Of a stretch of DNA of 64,000 bases, positions 18,482 to 28,600 are shown one piece after another (positions within the stretch are counted from its first letter, which is position 1; every line of letters begins with the position of its first letter). Where the stretch lies: positions 5,300-69,299 of the forward strand of contig CAYORT010000011.1 in NCBI GenBank assembly GCA_964406465.1, read 5' to 3'. Source of the stretch: an uncultured Chryseobacterium sp. (GTDB lineage: Bacteria > Bacteroidota > Bacteroidia > Flavobacteriales_C > GCA-002722245). The position numbers and the translations under genes were made by a program. The notes beneath the pieces were generated by a model. The model worked only from the letters and a program-made list of their open reading frames with translations, ran no database searches and was not told where the DNA came from.

Positions 18482-19328
18482 TAACGAGCAGTTTGTTCAC
18501 TTCATGCAAAATGCAATTGCAGAAGACATTAACACAGGAGACCACAGCGCCCTATCTACTATTCCCGAAAACAGCAAAGTCGAAGCTATTATCTTATCGA
18601 AAGACTTAGGTTTAATAGCTGGAGTTGAAAGAGCTATTCAAATCTTTAAATATTACGATCCATCTATTGCTATTGAGGCTCATGTGAAAGACGGTGAAAA
18701 TGTTAAATACGGAGATAAAATCATGTCCATTAAAGGTAATGCGAGAAGCATTCTTGGAATGGAAAGAATTGCTCTAAATGTAATGCAGCGTATGTCGGGA
18801 ATTGCCACCTTCACAGCCTTCTTAAATTCAAAAATAAAAAACGGTCACACCAAGATATTGGATACCAGAAAAACAACCCCCGGCATCCGTTTTCTTGAAA
18901 AAGAAGCAGTGAAAATTGGCGGAGGTGTAAATCATAGGATGGGATTGTATGATATGATTATGATAAAAGACAACCATATCGATTTTTCGGGCGGAATTGA
19001 AATTGCTATTCAAAAGGCCAACAACTATATAAAAGCTAAAAAACTGGATATTAAAATTGAGATTGAAGTAAGAAATTTTGATGAATTGGATCGAGTTTTA
19101 AAGATGGGTCAAGTTCATAGAATCATGCTCGATAATTTTAGTGTGGAAGATTTAAAAAAAGCTGTTACATTGATAGGAAAGCGATTTGAAACTGAAGCAT
19201 CTGGTGGCATAAATGAAAACACTATAGCCGAATACGCATCGAGTGGAGTTGATTATATATCTGTTGGGGCGTTAACGCACACAGTTAAAAATTTTGATAT
19301 CAGTTTAATTGCCAAACCTCATGAGTAA
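18462..19328 (+). CDS. nadC: Nicotinate-nucleotide pyrophosphorylase (quinolinate phosphoribosyltransferase)
   Basis: 288 aa. QPRTase motifs (LDTRKTTPGIR, MIKDNHI). The start is possibly the Met at 18474. Confidence 0.9.
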   Translation: MLPKMNNNEQFVHFMQNAIAEDINTGDHSALSTIPENSKVEAIILSKDLGLIAGVERAIQIFKYYDPSIAIEAHVKDGENVKYGDKIMSIKGNARSILGMERIALNVMQRMSGIATFTAFLNSKIKNGHTKILDTRKTTPGIRFLEKEAVKIGGGVNHRMGLYDMIMIKDNHIDFSGGIEIAIQKANNYIKAKKLDIKIEIEVRNFDELDRVLKMGQVHRIMLDNFSVEDLKKAVTLIGKRFETEASGGINENTIAEYASSGVDYISVGALTHTVKNFDISLIAKPHE

Positions 19329-20256
19329 GATTAAGGATTTTATCTTGCGCATTAAGTTCGTGCAAAAATTTGTGCAATTCGCAAAGAACCATAGTTTTCC
19401 CGGATTTCAAGGAGCTCCTATATTTGATGTAGCTCAAATGTTTTTTCAAGGCATTAAAAAAGGCACCTTTTCCACAAGAGCCTCTTCCCTAGCCTTTAAA
19501 TTTTTCTTCGCAATTTTTCCTGGAATCATCTTCCTTTTTACTCTTATTCCTTTGATTCCTTATGAAGGATTTCAAGAAGTATTGCTAAACTTCATTAAAT
19601 CGGATATCCCAAAAGGACTTCGAGATGTTGCTATATCAACAATAGAGGATCTTATTAGCACGCCACGAGGTGGTTTGCTTTCTTTCAACTTCTTATTAAT
19701 GCTATACCTTACAACCAATGGCGTTCACTCGTTAATGGTGGAGTTTAACAACAGCTACCATATCACTGAAACCAGAAATCCATTTCAGCAGAGACTTATT
19801 TCAATTGTATTGGCAATTGTACTCACCTTACTTTTGGTTTTTAGTATTGGATTAATCATTGTAACCACCGTAATGGTTAATGTAGCTGAAAGTAAAAATT
19901 TAGAGGTAGACGACAGTATTAGTGATGCTCTTTTTCATGGTGCCAAATGGGTTGCGGTATTCGCATTGTACTATTTCGCCATTGCCATTTTGTATTACTT
20001 TGGTCCGGCCAAAAGAAAACACTTTAAATTCTTTTCCCCAGGCTCCATCATCACAACCTTACTTCTAATTTTAACTTCTTACGGCTTTTCCATCTACCTC
20101 CAATACTTTAGTACCTACAATAAAATTTATGGGTCGATTGGAACAGTGATGGTTGTAATGTTATGGTTCTACATCAACTCATACATATTACTGCTGGGCT
20201 TCGATATCAATGCCAGCATTGCCACAGCAAACTCGAAACGAGATAATCTTAGTTAA
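19321..20256 (+). CDS. YihY/BrkB family inner membrane protein
   Basis: Multi-TM protein with the YihY-family N-terminus (SRASSLAFKFFFAIFPGIIF). Confidence 0.7.
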   Translation: MSKIKDFILRIKFVQKFVQFAKNHSFPGFQGAPIFDVAQMFFQGIKKGTFSTRASSLAFKFFFAIFPGIIFLFTLIPLIPYEGFQEVLLNFIKSDIPKGLRDVAISTIEDLISTPRGGLLSFNFLLMLYLTTNGVHSLMVEFNNSYHITETRNPFQQRLISIVLAIVLTLLLVFSIGLIIVTTVMVNVAESKNLEVDDSISDALFHGAKWVAVFALYYFAIAILYYFGPAKRKHFKFFSPGSIITTLLLILTSYGFSIYLQYFSTYNKIYGSIGTVMVVMLWFYINSYILLLGFDINASIATANSKRDNLS

Positions 20257-21343
20257 GAAATTTATGAATGGCATCTACGATGCGCTCTGATGACTTACCA
20301 TCCCATAATTCTGGGATAGCGCCTTTTTTATACTTACCTGTAAGTATATCTTTTACATAACGCTCAATATGTGCTTCGTTAAGTTCCAACAAAGTATTGG
20401 TTCCCACTTCTGCTGTAATGGGGCGTTCGGTATTGTTTCTCACTGTTAAGCAAGGCACTCCTAAAAAGGTTGTTTCCTCTTGAATGCCGCCAGAATCTGT
20501 TACTACTCCTACAGATGAAGAAATCAACTTCATGAAATCAAGGTATCCTAATGGTTCACACAAAGTAATTTGAGAAGATTCTATTAAATGCTTCAAACCG
20601 AAATTCTCGGCATTTTTAATGGTTCTTGGATGAATAGGAAATATAATCTTCACATCTTTTGAAATCGAATTCAATGCATTCAAAATGCGGGTTAAATTTT
20701 CCTTGTTATCTACATTTGAAGGGCGGTGAAAGGTCATTACCAAAAATTTTCCTTTTTCAAGAGTGAATCTCTCCAACACCTTGCTTTCGTTGATTTTCGA
20801 TTGAAACTTAATCAAAGAATCTATCATTGTGTTTCCGGTAAACACAATACTATCCTTGCTTTTTCCTTCATTAATTAAATTCTCATTACCCGATTTTTCT
20901 GTGGTAAAATACAACTCAGCAATGTTATCCACCAAAATTCTATTGATCTCCTCGGGCATAGTTTTATCCCAACTTCTCAATCCACTCTCAATATGCGCTA
21001 CAGGTATTTTGTATCTACTTGCCACAAAGGCACATGCAAAAGTTGAATCTACATCTCCTGGCACAACAACTAAATCGGGTCTATCTTTTAAAATCTCTTG
21101 CTCGAATTGAAGCATTATCTGACTCACAACTGAAATTTGAGATTCGCGTTTTAGCTCAAAAAGCACATCTGGTTTTGGAATACCCAACTCCTCAAAAAAA
21201 ACTTCACTCATCTTATAATCATAATGTTGCCCAGTATGCAATAACTTAAAATGTAAGTCAGGATACTTCGAGAAACACTCCTTTAAACGAGTAATCTTAA
21301 TCAAATTAGGTCGAGTACCAACACAAACAAGCACTTTTTTCAT
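20249..21343 (-). CDS. wecB: UDP-N-acetylglucosamine 2-epimerase (non-hydrolysing)
   Basis: 364 aa. MKKVLVCVGTRPNLIKI, HTGQHYD and HIESGLRS are hallmark WecB/MnaA motifs. Confidence 0.9.
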   Translation of the reverse strand: MKKVLVCVGTRPNLIKITRLKECFSKYPDLHFKLLHTGQHYDYKMSEVFFEELGIPKPDVLFELKRESQISVVSQIMLQFEQEILKDRPDLVVVPGDVDSTFACAFVASRYKIPVAHIESGLRSWDKTMPEEINRILVDNIAELYFTTEKSGNENLINEGKSKDSIVFTGNTMIDSLIKFQSKINESKVLERFTLEKGKFLVMTFHRPSNVDNKENLTRILNALNSISKDVKIIFPIHPRTIKNAENFGLKHLIESSQITLCEPLGYLDFMKLISSSVGVVTDSGGIQEETTFLGVPCLTVRNNTERPITAEVGTNTLLELNEAHIERYVKDILTGKYKKGAIPELWDGKSSERIVDAIHKFLN

Positions 21344-21424
21344 GGAAACATTAGTTGTATTTCAATACTGCGAAGCTAAGTATTTTGAATTGATTTTTTT
21401 TTAAAAAATCAGGTTTTACTATTG

Positions 21425-21432
21425 TATATTTG
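21425..21432 (+). promoter_or_regulatory. Candidate Bacteroidota sigma-A -7 box TATATTTG (TAnnTTTG) 17 bp upstream of the ATG at 21449
   Basis: Exact match to the TAnnTTTG consensus. No well-spaced -33 TTG could be found. Confidence 0.3.
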
Positions 21433-21448
21433 ACACATCAATTCAACT

Positions 21449-24400
21449 ATGAAATATTTTTCTCTTGCAATAGCACTAATAATTTGCACCAATTTATGGT
21501 CGCAAGTGTACGACCCTCTTCATTCTCCTAACTCCTATAGAAACTGGAATAACCCAGAATACTGGAAAAACAGGAAACCTTATGATGGATACTGGCAACA
21601 AGATGTTCATTATACCATTCAAGCCGAATTGAACGAAAAAAGACATACAATAACCGGAAAAGAATTTTTAACCTACTGGAACAACTCCCCCGACTCACTA
21701 AATGTTGTGTACTTCAATCTCTACCAAAATGCTTTTCAGCCTGGCTCTTATTACGACAAACTGCAGAAACAACAAGATTTAAATCCAAGATACGGAACTT
21801 ACGAGCGTCAAGGTAAGGGCATTGAAATCACCAAATTTGTGGTTAATGGTGTGGAGGTTAAAACCGAGCTAGACAACACCATTCTGAAAGTATATCTTCC
21901 TCAGGCCATTAAATCGGGAGGAAAAGCCGCATTCGAAATTGAGTTCAAAACCTATTTCGATGTTGGATCTACCAGAAGAAGAATGAAATTTTTCTTATCG
22001 CAAAGAGGATTAAAACATTTTGATGGCGTGCATTGGTATCCTAGAATTTGTGTGTATGATAGGAAGTTTGGATGGAATACCGACCAACACCTCGACAAAG
22101 AGTTTTATGGCGATTACGGTACTTTTGATGTTGAACTAACTCTTGCGTCTAATTTTGTAGTGGAAGCCACTGGCTGGCTTCAAAATCGCAATGAAGTTCT
22201 TCCTGATGAACTTAGAAAAAAATTAGACTTAAGTAATTTCATCAATAGAAAACCAGGCGACACCATTAGTATTCCAACTCCCTATAAGGAAGGTGAAAAG
22301 AAAACGTGGATTTATCACGCCGAAAATGTGCACGATTTCGCTTTTACTGCCGACCCTACATACAGAATTGATGAAAGATATTGGAATGATGTACTATGTG
22401 TAGCACTGGTGCGGGAAGAAAATGCTCCAAATTGGAAAAATGCAGCAGAATACACCGCCAAAATTATCGAAACTTATTCGCGAGATTTCGGACGATACAT
22501 TTATCCGAAAATGGTTGTAGCCGATGCCAAAGACGGAATGGAATATCCTATGCTTACGCTGGATAACGGAAGCGACCCAACTTACCGTAGTTTACTTGCC
22601 CATGAAATCGGCCACAATTGGTTCTTCGGCATGGTAGGCAACAATGAAACTTATAGAGCAGCGCTAGATGAAGGATTTACCGAATTTTTAGATTCATGGG
22701 CAGTTAGCCGCATCGACGGTGATACTGTCTATCACAACCCTATTAAAAACAAATATTTAAGAAGATTTAGAAAAGAGCAATTGGTAGTGAACACCAGAGT
22801 TTACGACAATTATATTTATGCCGCTGCGCAGAGAGATGATAGAGCGTTGAATACACATTCAAGTGATTTTGATGGCGGACAAGTAGGCCACGGGGGTGGT
22901 TATGGACATGTTTATTACAAAACAGCAACCATGTTGTACAACCTTCAATATGTTTTGGGCGACTCTTTGTTCTTGCATGCCATGCAAAATTATTTTAGTC
23001 AGTGGAAAATGTGCCACCCCTACTTCGAAGATTTTAGAAATTCTATCATTCAGTACACACATGTAGACCTAAACTGGTTCTTCGACCAATGGATGGAGAC
23101 CACTAAAGTGATTGACTATTCTGTAAGTTGCGTTAGAAGAGGCAAAGAAAAAGATCAATACATCATTACTTTCAAAAGAAAAGGTGAAATGCAAATGCCT
23201 ATCGATTTTCAGATACTTAGTAACCTCGATAGCACCATCAATTATCACATTCCAAACACATGGTTTATTAAAGAAACCAACGCCAATATTTTACCCAAGT
23301 GGTATGGATGGGGAAATCTGCAACCCGAGTACGAAGCAGTTGTTATAGTGCCTGGAGGTATATACAATGTTGTGATTGATCCAACCCATCGCTTGGCCGA
23401 TGTAAATGCACTCAACAACTCGAAAAAATTTCCGCATACAGTTGAAATGGACTCGAAAATTGCGAACAACTTCGATCGCAACAACTACGAACTTTTTTGG
23501 AGACCAGATGTTTGGTACAACAGATATGATGGAACTAAATTAGGAGTTCACCTCAATGGAAATTACCTTAAAACTTTTCATAATTTCGATTTCACTATTT
23601 GGATGAATAGTGGCTTAGGACAGGCTAATTTAGATAGCTCTGTTTTCATTAATAAATTCGACAAAATATCATACCGCTTAAGCTACAACACTCAACTTCC
23701 ACGCTTCGGAAAATTCACCAGACTTGATGTTCAAAGTGTTTATCTAGAAGGATTGCAGCGTTACGAAATTGGAGTAACCAAATCATCAAAAGACAAAACA
23801 AATCGTCTCAGAATTTTCACAAAAGCAATGTATCGCAAAGACTTCAATGCATTGCAATATTTATTGCTTCCGAATGAATGGACTGCCAACAAATGGAACA
23901 ACACTTTAAATATTGACTTTTATCATGTGTATCATTATAAACGAGGACAGGGAACAATTTCCCTTGTTTTAAGAACAGCTTTACCAGGAGGTAATTACGA
24001 TTATGCCACCTTGAAATTCTCGGCGATTAATCAAAATTACATCAAGAAATTCATCTTCAGCACACGCTTCTTTGCGCAATATGGCTCTGGAAGTAATATA
24101 CCATTAGAGTCTTCATTATTTGCAGCTGGTGCAAATCCAGAGGAAATGATGGACAATAAATATTCGCGATCAGCCGGTGCTTTTTCAGTGAATGATGCTC
24201 AATTTGGTGCCGATGTGAACCATTTTCAAATGGGCGGCGGATTGAATTTAAGGGGCTATGCCGGATATCTTCTTCCACAAAAAACAAAAGATGGCAATAT
24301 CATTTATGGTTACCGAGGAATTAGCGGCGCTTCTTTCAACGCCGAACTGGAATTTAGCGAATACTTGAAATGGCATTCTTTGCGCTGGAGACAATATTTC

Positions 24401-24655
24401 GATTTCGATTACTACCTATTTGGTGATGCCGGCATGATGCTCGTTCCTACAGGAACAATACAAAATGAGTTTGGTGTTTTTACCGCCGACGCTGGTATAG
24501 GAACTACATTGAAAATTAAAAAATTTAGAAAACTAGAAACTGTTCGTCCATTAATTATTCGCGCTGACTTCCCTCTATTCTTGAATAGAACTCCGTATGT
24601 AGCAAACGATGGTTTTGAGTTTAGATGGGTAATTGGTGTTAATAGGGCTTTTTAG
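21449..24655 (+). CDS. M1-family (aminopeptidase N-like) metallopeptidase domain fused to a C-terminal Omp85-like outer-membrane beta-barrel
   Basis: Signal peptide. DGMEYPML (a GAMEN-like variant) and HEIGHNWFFGMVGNNETYRAALDEGFTEF match the M1 HExxH-x18-E motif. The C-terminal ~450 aa carry a GGGLNLRGY loop-6-like motif and the terminal strand FEFRWVIGVNRAF, which resembles BamA FHFNIGKTW. Confidence 0.55.
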   Translation: MKYFSLAIALIICTNLWSQVYDPLHSPNSYRNWNNPEYWKNRKPYDGYWQQDVHYTIQAELNEKRHTITGKEFLTYWNNSPDSLNVVYFNLYQNAFQPGSYYDKLQKQQDLNPRYGTYERQGKGIEITKFVVNGVEVKTELDNTILKVYLPQAIKSGGKAAFEIEFKTYFDVGSTRRRMKFFLSQRGLKHFDGVHWYPRICVYDRKFGWNTDQHLDKEFYGDYGTFDVELTLASNFVVEATGWLQNRNEVLPDELRKKLDLSNFINRKPGDTISIPTPYKEGEKKTWIYHAENVHDFAFTADPTYRIDERYWNDVLCVALVREENAPNWKNAAEYTAKIIETYSRDFGRYIYPKMVVADAKDGMEYPMLTLDNGSDPTYRSLLAHEIGHNWFFGMVGNNETYRAALDEGFTEFLDSWAVSRIDGDTVYHNPIKNKYLRRFRKEQLVVNTRVYDNYIYAAAQRDDRALNTHSSDFDGGQVGHGGGYGHVYYKTATMLYNLQYVLGDSLFLHAMQNYFSQWKMCHPYFEDFRNSIIQYTHVDLNWFFDQWMETTKVIDYSVSCVRRGKEKDQYIITFKRKGEMQMPIDFQILSNLDSTINYHIPNTWFIKETNANILPKWYGWGNLQPEYEAVVIVPGGIYNVVIDPTHRLADVNALNNSKKFPHTVEMDSKIANNFDRNNYELFWRPDVWYNRYDGTKLGVHLNGNYLKTFHNFDFTIWMNSGLGQANLDSSVFINKFDKISYRLSYNTQLPRFGKFTRLDVQSVYLEGLQRYEIGVTKSSKDKTNRLRIFTKAMYRKDFNALQYLLLPNEWTANKWNNTLNIDFYHVYHYKRGQGTISLVLRTALPGGNYDYATLKFSAINQNYIKKFIFSTRFFAQYGSGSNIPLESSLFAAGANPEEMMDNKYSRSAGAFSVNDAQFGADVNHFQMGGGLNLRGYAGYLLPQKTKDGNIIYGYRGISGASFNAELEFSEYLKWHSLRWRQYFDFDYYLFGDAGMMLVPTGTIQNEFGVFTADAGIGTTLKIKKFRKLETVRPLIIRADFPLFLNRTPYVANDGFEFRWVIGVNRAF

Positions 24656-24678
24656 CTATTGCGCTTCATAAGAAAATA

Positions 24679-25545
24679 CTATTGCACCTTGGTGGCAGCG
24701 ACAAATCTTTCTTTTTCGTAAAAGTCTTTTATTACCATTACTTGCGTAAAGCCTTTTGCTACTAAATAATCGCAGACTTCTTTTCCTTTATTTTCGTGAA
24801 TTTCAAAGTATAGCTTAGCCCCATCATTCAACAATTCAAATGCGATATCGGCTATCTTCTTGTAAAACACTATGGCATTGTTATCATCAACAAACAGTGC
24901 CAATTGTGGTTCATATTGCAAAACATTTGCCGACATATCTTTCTTATCGCTTTCTAGAACATACGGCGGATTAGAAACAATAATATCTGCCTTAAAAGGG
25001 AAATCAGAAGATTGTGAATTCAATACATCGCTTTCAATAAAATGAACTTCTAACTTATTTTTATGTGCATTTCTTTGTGCTACAGTCAAGGCTCCCTTCG
25101 AAATATCAGTGGCTATAACTTTCGCAGACGAATATCTATTTTTCAACGCTAAGGCCAAACAACCGCTGCCAGTGCAAAAATCTACAATCACAGAGGGAGA
25201 ATGATTCTCTTTAGCAATCAAACTAAACAACTCTTCTGTTTCGGGACGGGGAATCAAAACATTTTCATCAACTTCCAATTCCAAATCAGCAAAAAAAACT
25301 TTTCCTGTAATGTACTGTATTGGCCTATACTTTTTCAAATCTTTACAAGCGTAAATCACTTGCAACAACTGTGATTCCGACAAACGAATGTCTTTATTCA
25401 AAAGCCTTTGCGATTTAGAAATATTCCAAAAATCTTCCAACAAGATGTCTGTAAAAAGCTCAATTTCTCTGGCAGAATAAAATGCAGAAAGGCTTTCTTT
25501 CAAATATTGTTCAACTGCTTCAACATTGTTTTGAGCTATCTTCAT
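24679..25545 (-). CDS. prmC: Release-factor glutamine N5-methyltransferase PrmC/HemK
   Basis: SAM-binding VDFCTGSGC and the catalytic NPPY motif (IVSNPPYV). The start was trimmed to MKIAQ. Confidence 0.8.
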   Translation of the reverse strand: MKIAQNNVEAVEQYLKESLSAFYSAREIELFTDILLEDFWNISKSQRLLNKDIRLSESQLLQVIYACKDLKKYRPIQYITGKVFFADLELEVDENVLIPRPETEELFSLIAKENHSPSVIVDFCTGSGCLALALKNRYSSAKVIATDISKGALTVAQRNAHKNKLEVHFIESDVLNSQSSDFPFKADIIVSNPPYVLESDKKDMSANVLQYEPQLALFVDDNNAIVFYKKIADIAFELLNDGAKLYFEIHENKGKEVCDYLVAKGFTQVMVIKDFYEKERFVAATKVQ

Positions 25546-25581
25546 GTGCACAAAGCTAATAAACTGTTTATCTTTACCCTT

Positions 25582-26607
25582 ATGCAAGAACACAATTTAT
25601 ATATGCAGCGCTGCCTAACCCTTGCATTAAAAGGGTTAACAAAGGTAGCACCCAACCCTATGGTTGGCTGCGTTATTGTGCATAACGACAAAATTATTGG
25701 CGAAGGATACCACGAGTTTTATGGAGGGCCACATGCTGAGGTAAATGCCATTAATTCTGTTGAAGACAAGAGTTTACTTAAAGAAGCTACGGTTTATGTG
25801 AGCTTAGAACCTTGCAACCACCACGGAAAAACTCCCCCGTGCAGCGATTTACTTGTTCATCATAAAGTGAAGACAGTTGTGATAGGTTGCGTAGATCCCT
25901 ATGAGAAAGTGGCTGGCAAAGGCATTGAAAAGCTAAAATCGGCAGGCATCGAAGTAATCACAGGTATTTTAGAACTGGAGTGTAAAAAGCTAAACAAACG
26001 CTTCTTCACCTTTCACGAAAAAAAACGTCCGTATATTTTTCTAAAGTGGGCCAAAACACAAGATGGATTCATTAGTAGAAATAAAGAAGATATTAATAAC
26101 AACAATTGGATTTCTAGTGCCGAGAGCAAACAGCTTGTTCATCAATGGAGAAGCGAAGAAGCAGCGATTTTGATTGGTGCAAACACTGCTCAAATAGATA
26201 ACCCACAATTAACTACTCGCCTGGTTCAAGGTAAAAATCCATTGCGCTTAATTATAGATCCTCAATTAAAATTACCCGCTCACTTGCACATTTTCGATAA
26301 CTCTGTGCCTACCATCGTTTTTAACTTTAATGAAAGTAAAAAAGAAAACAATACCGAATGGGTAAAATTTGAATCTTTGCAAGACATATGTAATTATCTC
26401 TATCAGCAAAACATCAGCTCGTTAATTGTTGAAGGCGGTAGAAAAACATTACAAGAATTCATCGATCAAAATTTATGGGATGAAGCGCAAATTTTCACTT
26501 CTGCAACAAAATTCAATTTTGGAGTGCCTGCACCAACAATTCCAAATGGCAGCGTAAATCAATCTTACGTTGGCAGCGACCTGTTATCTGTGATTTTAAA
26601 CGGATAG
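25582..26607 (+). CDS. ribD: Bifunctional riboflavin biosynthesis protein RibD (pyrimidine deaminase/reductase)
   Basis: CMP/dCMP deaminase zinc motifs (HAEVNAI, PCNHHGKTPPC) plus the C-terminal reductase domain. The ORF-track start at 25408 is an antisense-overlap artefact, and the ATG at 25582 was used. Confidence 0.88.
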   Translation: MQEHNLYMQRCLTLALKGLTKVAPNPMVGCVIVHNDKIIGEGYHEFYGGPHAEVNAINSVEDKSLLKEATVYVSLEPCNHHGKTPPCSDLLVHHKVKTVVIGCVDPYEKVAGKGIEKLKSAGIEVITGILELECKKLNKRFFTFHEKKRPYIFLKWAKTQDGFISRNKEDINNNNWISSAESKQLVHQWRSEEAAILIGANTAQIDNPQLTTRLVQGKNPLRLIIDPQLKLPAHLHIFDNSVPTIVFNFNESKKENNTEWVKFESLQDICNYLYQQNISSLIVEGGRKTLQEFIDQNLWDEAQIFTSATKFNFGVPAPTIPNGSVNQSYVGSDLLSVILNG

Positions 26608-26683
26608 AGAGCCTAAGTATAAAAACGGAAACATTTTTTTCATTTCTAAGTTTAAGGATCAAAACCCCCTTAAATATTTGCCG

Positions 26684-28447
26684 ATGAAAACATCATATAC
26701 TATGTTATTTTCTTCTCTTTTCTTAACAGCAACAGCGGGTAAAAATTTAGAAGGTCCAATGGTTTTAGGAAACACCCAACAAGTTCACTCCACTTTACAC
26801 AATAACACAAGTGAGATTCAAATATCTGCCGATTTGAAATACAATACGAACACAACATTTATTTCAAACAACACTTTATCGGGTACTCTGCAAGGTTTTC
26901 CCGAATCGAGTTACTTTATAAGCACGAGCAACAACAAAATTTCGGGATTTGTAATAATTTCTAAAACAGATGATTTAGCATACAAGTACAGCACCAATGA
27001 GATTGGTGAAGTAACTGTTACAAAAACTTCACTGCACAATATCATGTGCGTTAGTTACGGAACTGATCAACTCAATAAATCAACCAAACAAAATTCAAAA
27101 ACAGAAGTACTTGGAAGCGCAAATGGTCCGGTACCAGCTTATTCTTCCTTACCAGGTTCGTCAAATGTTTTGTATTTAGATTTTGATGGATACGATTTGC
27201 CAGCGGGTAGCGCTTGGAACAATGGCCAAGCTCTTACTACAGCAGCATCGGGATATTCCGACTCTCAAATCTATCAAGCATGGAGTATTGTTGCAGAAGA
27301 TTATGCTCCTTTTGATTTGAATGTAACTACCGATGAAAGCACTTTTTTAAGTGCCGATACAATGACCAGAATAAGAATGGTTTTTACTCCAACTAATAGC
27401 TTTCACCCTAATGCTGGAGGAGTAGCATATGTTGGAGTTTTTGATTACTGGGAAGTAAAATACAAAACTGGTTGGGTGTTTGTGAATAACGTAGGCAACT
27501 CTGCTCAAAATGCAGGGGAAGCATGTTCTCATGAAGCTGGCCATACTTTGGGACTCCAGCATCATGGCACAGTGAGTGGAACAGACACCACCGAATATTA
27601 TACTGGGCATGGCAACTGGGGACCAATAATGGGCGCAGCATACGGAAAAGCTATTTCTCAATTTAGTCAGGGTGAGTTTACCAACGCATTCTGCTATCAA
27701 TACAACAACAGCAACCAAAAAGTAAAAATACAACAAGATGATCTAGCTGTTATTGCTGGCGTAATTAGTTACAAAACAGACGACCATGGTAACAATACCG
27801 GTGCAGCAACAGATATTACCTACACTCTTAATGGTATTGTTGGAGATGTGGACTCTACACACAACAATGGAACAATTGAAAGGAACACCGATGTGGATGT
27901 ATTTCATTTTTACACAGGTGGTGGTGGAGTTGATTTAAGCTTTATTCCTTTAGCAGGAGTTAAAACTAACCTTGATATCGAAGTAAAACTGTACGATGCC
28001 AACAATCAATTGCTCAATACCTACAATACCGCTCACAATAATCTTTGCATAAATGGTGTAAATATCAATCAAAATTTAAGCGCCGGATACTATTTTGTAA
28101 CAATAGATGGAGTTGGAAGCGGTGATGCAACAACAGGTTGGAGTGCCTACAACTCAATGGGGCCTTACAGTATTCAAGGTACAATTACTAATCCCGACAT
28201 CAATACAAACACCATTGCAGACATCACATCAAAAAGTATTTCAATATATCCCAATCCTTTAAATGGAAGTGACTTCCTTAACTTCAACAGTTATGTACAA
28301 TTAGCTAAAATATTTGATGCCTCAGGTAAATTAGTAATATCCGAAGGCAATACAAACACACTGGATTTAAGCAACTTAGCACAAGGACTATACACTTTAC
28401 AAATCAACAACAATAACACTGTTCAGTCGGTAAAAATTATTAAATAG
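26684..28447 (+). CDS. T9SS-secreted metzincin zinc metalloprotease with a PPC-like domain and a type-A C-terminal sorting domain
   Basis: Extended zinc motif HEAGHTLGLQH (HExxHxxGxxH). C-terminal tail ISIYPNPLNGSDF...GLYTLQINNNNTVQSVKIIK. N-terminal signal peptide. Confidence 0.7.
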   Translation: MKTSYTMLFSSLFLTATAGKNLEGPMVLGNTQQVHSTLHNNTSEIQISADLKYNTNTTFISNNTLSGTLQGFPESSYFISTSNNKISGFVIISKTDDLAYKYSTNEIGEVTVTKTSLHNIMCVSYGTDQLNKSTKQNSKTEVLGSANGPVPAYSSLPGSSNVLYLDFDGYDLPAGSAWNNGQALTTAASGYSDSQIYQAWSIVAEDYAPFDLNVTTDESTFLSADTMTRIRMVFTPTNSFHPNAGGVAYVGVFDYWEVKYKTGWVFVNNVGNSAQNAGEACSHEAGHTLGLQHHGTVSGTDTTEYYTGHGNWGPIMGAAYGKAISQFSQGEFTNAFCYQYNNSNQKVKIQQDDLAVIAGVISYKTDDHGNNTGAATDITYTLNGIVGDVDSTHNNGTIERNTDVDVFHFYTGGGGVDLSFIPLAGVKTNLDIEVKLYDANNQLLNTYNTAHNNLCINGVNINQNLSAGYYFVTIDGVGSGDATTGWSAYNSMGPYSIQGTITNPDINTNTIADITSKSISIYPNPLNGSDFLNFNSYVQLAKIFDASGKLVISEGNTNTLDLSNLAQGLYTLQINNNNTVQSVKIIK

Positions 28448-28475
28448 CAATCTCTACTACTACTTTTACAATCAA

Positions 28476-28507
28476 AAGCGCTAACCAACAGGTTGGCGCT
28501 TTTTTTA
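28476..28507 (+). terminator. Rho-independent terminator after the metzincin gene
   Basis: Stem gcgctaacc/ggttggcgc followed by T7. Confidence 0.65.
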
Positions 28508-28600
28508 TGACCTTCATCATAAAATTCTTAATAATTGTAAACTCATTTTTGCGTTTAGTTTGTGATGTGTATTTTAGCCATGCTTTAAATTGATGTTAAC

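Noticed and set aside
21381-21392. Second TAnnTTTG-like box (TATTTTG) upstream of the 21449 gene
   Set aside because: It is one base short of the consensus and lies 57 bp from the start. The exact TATATTTG at 21425-21432 is the better candidate.
25408-25581. 174-bp N-terminal extension of ribD in the ORF track
   Set aside because: It runs antisense through the 5' end of prmC. The ribD deaminase domain begins at the ATG at 25582 (MQEHNLYMQRC).
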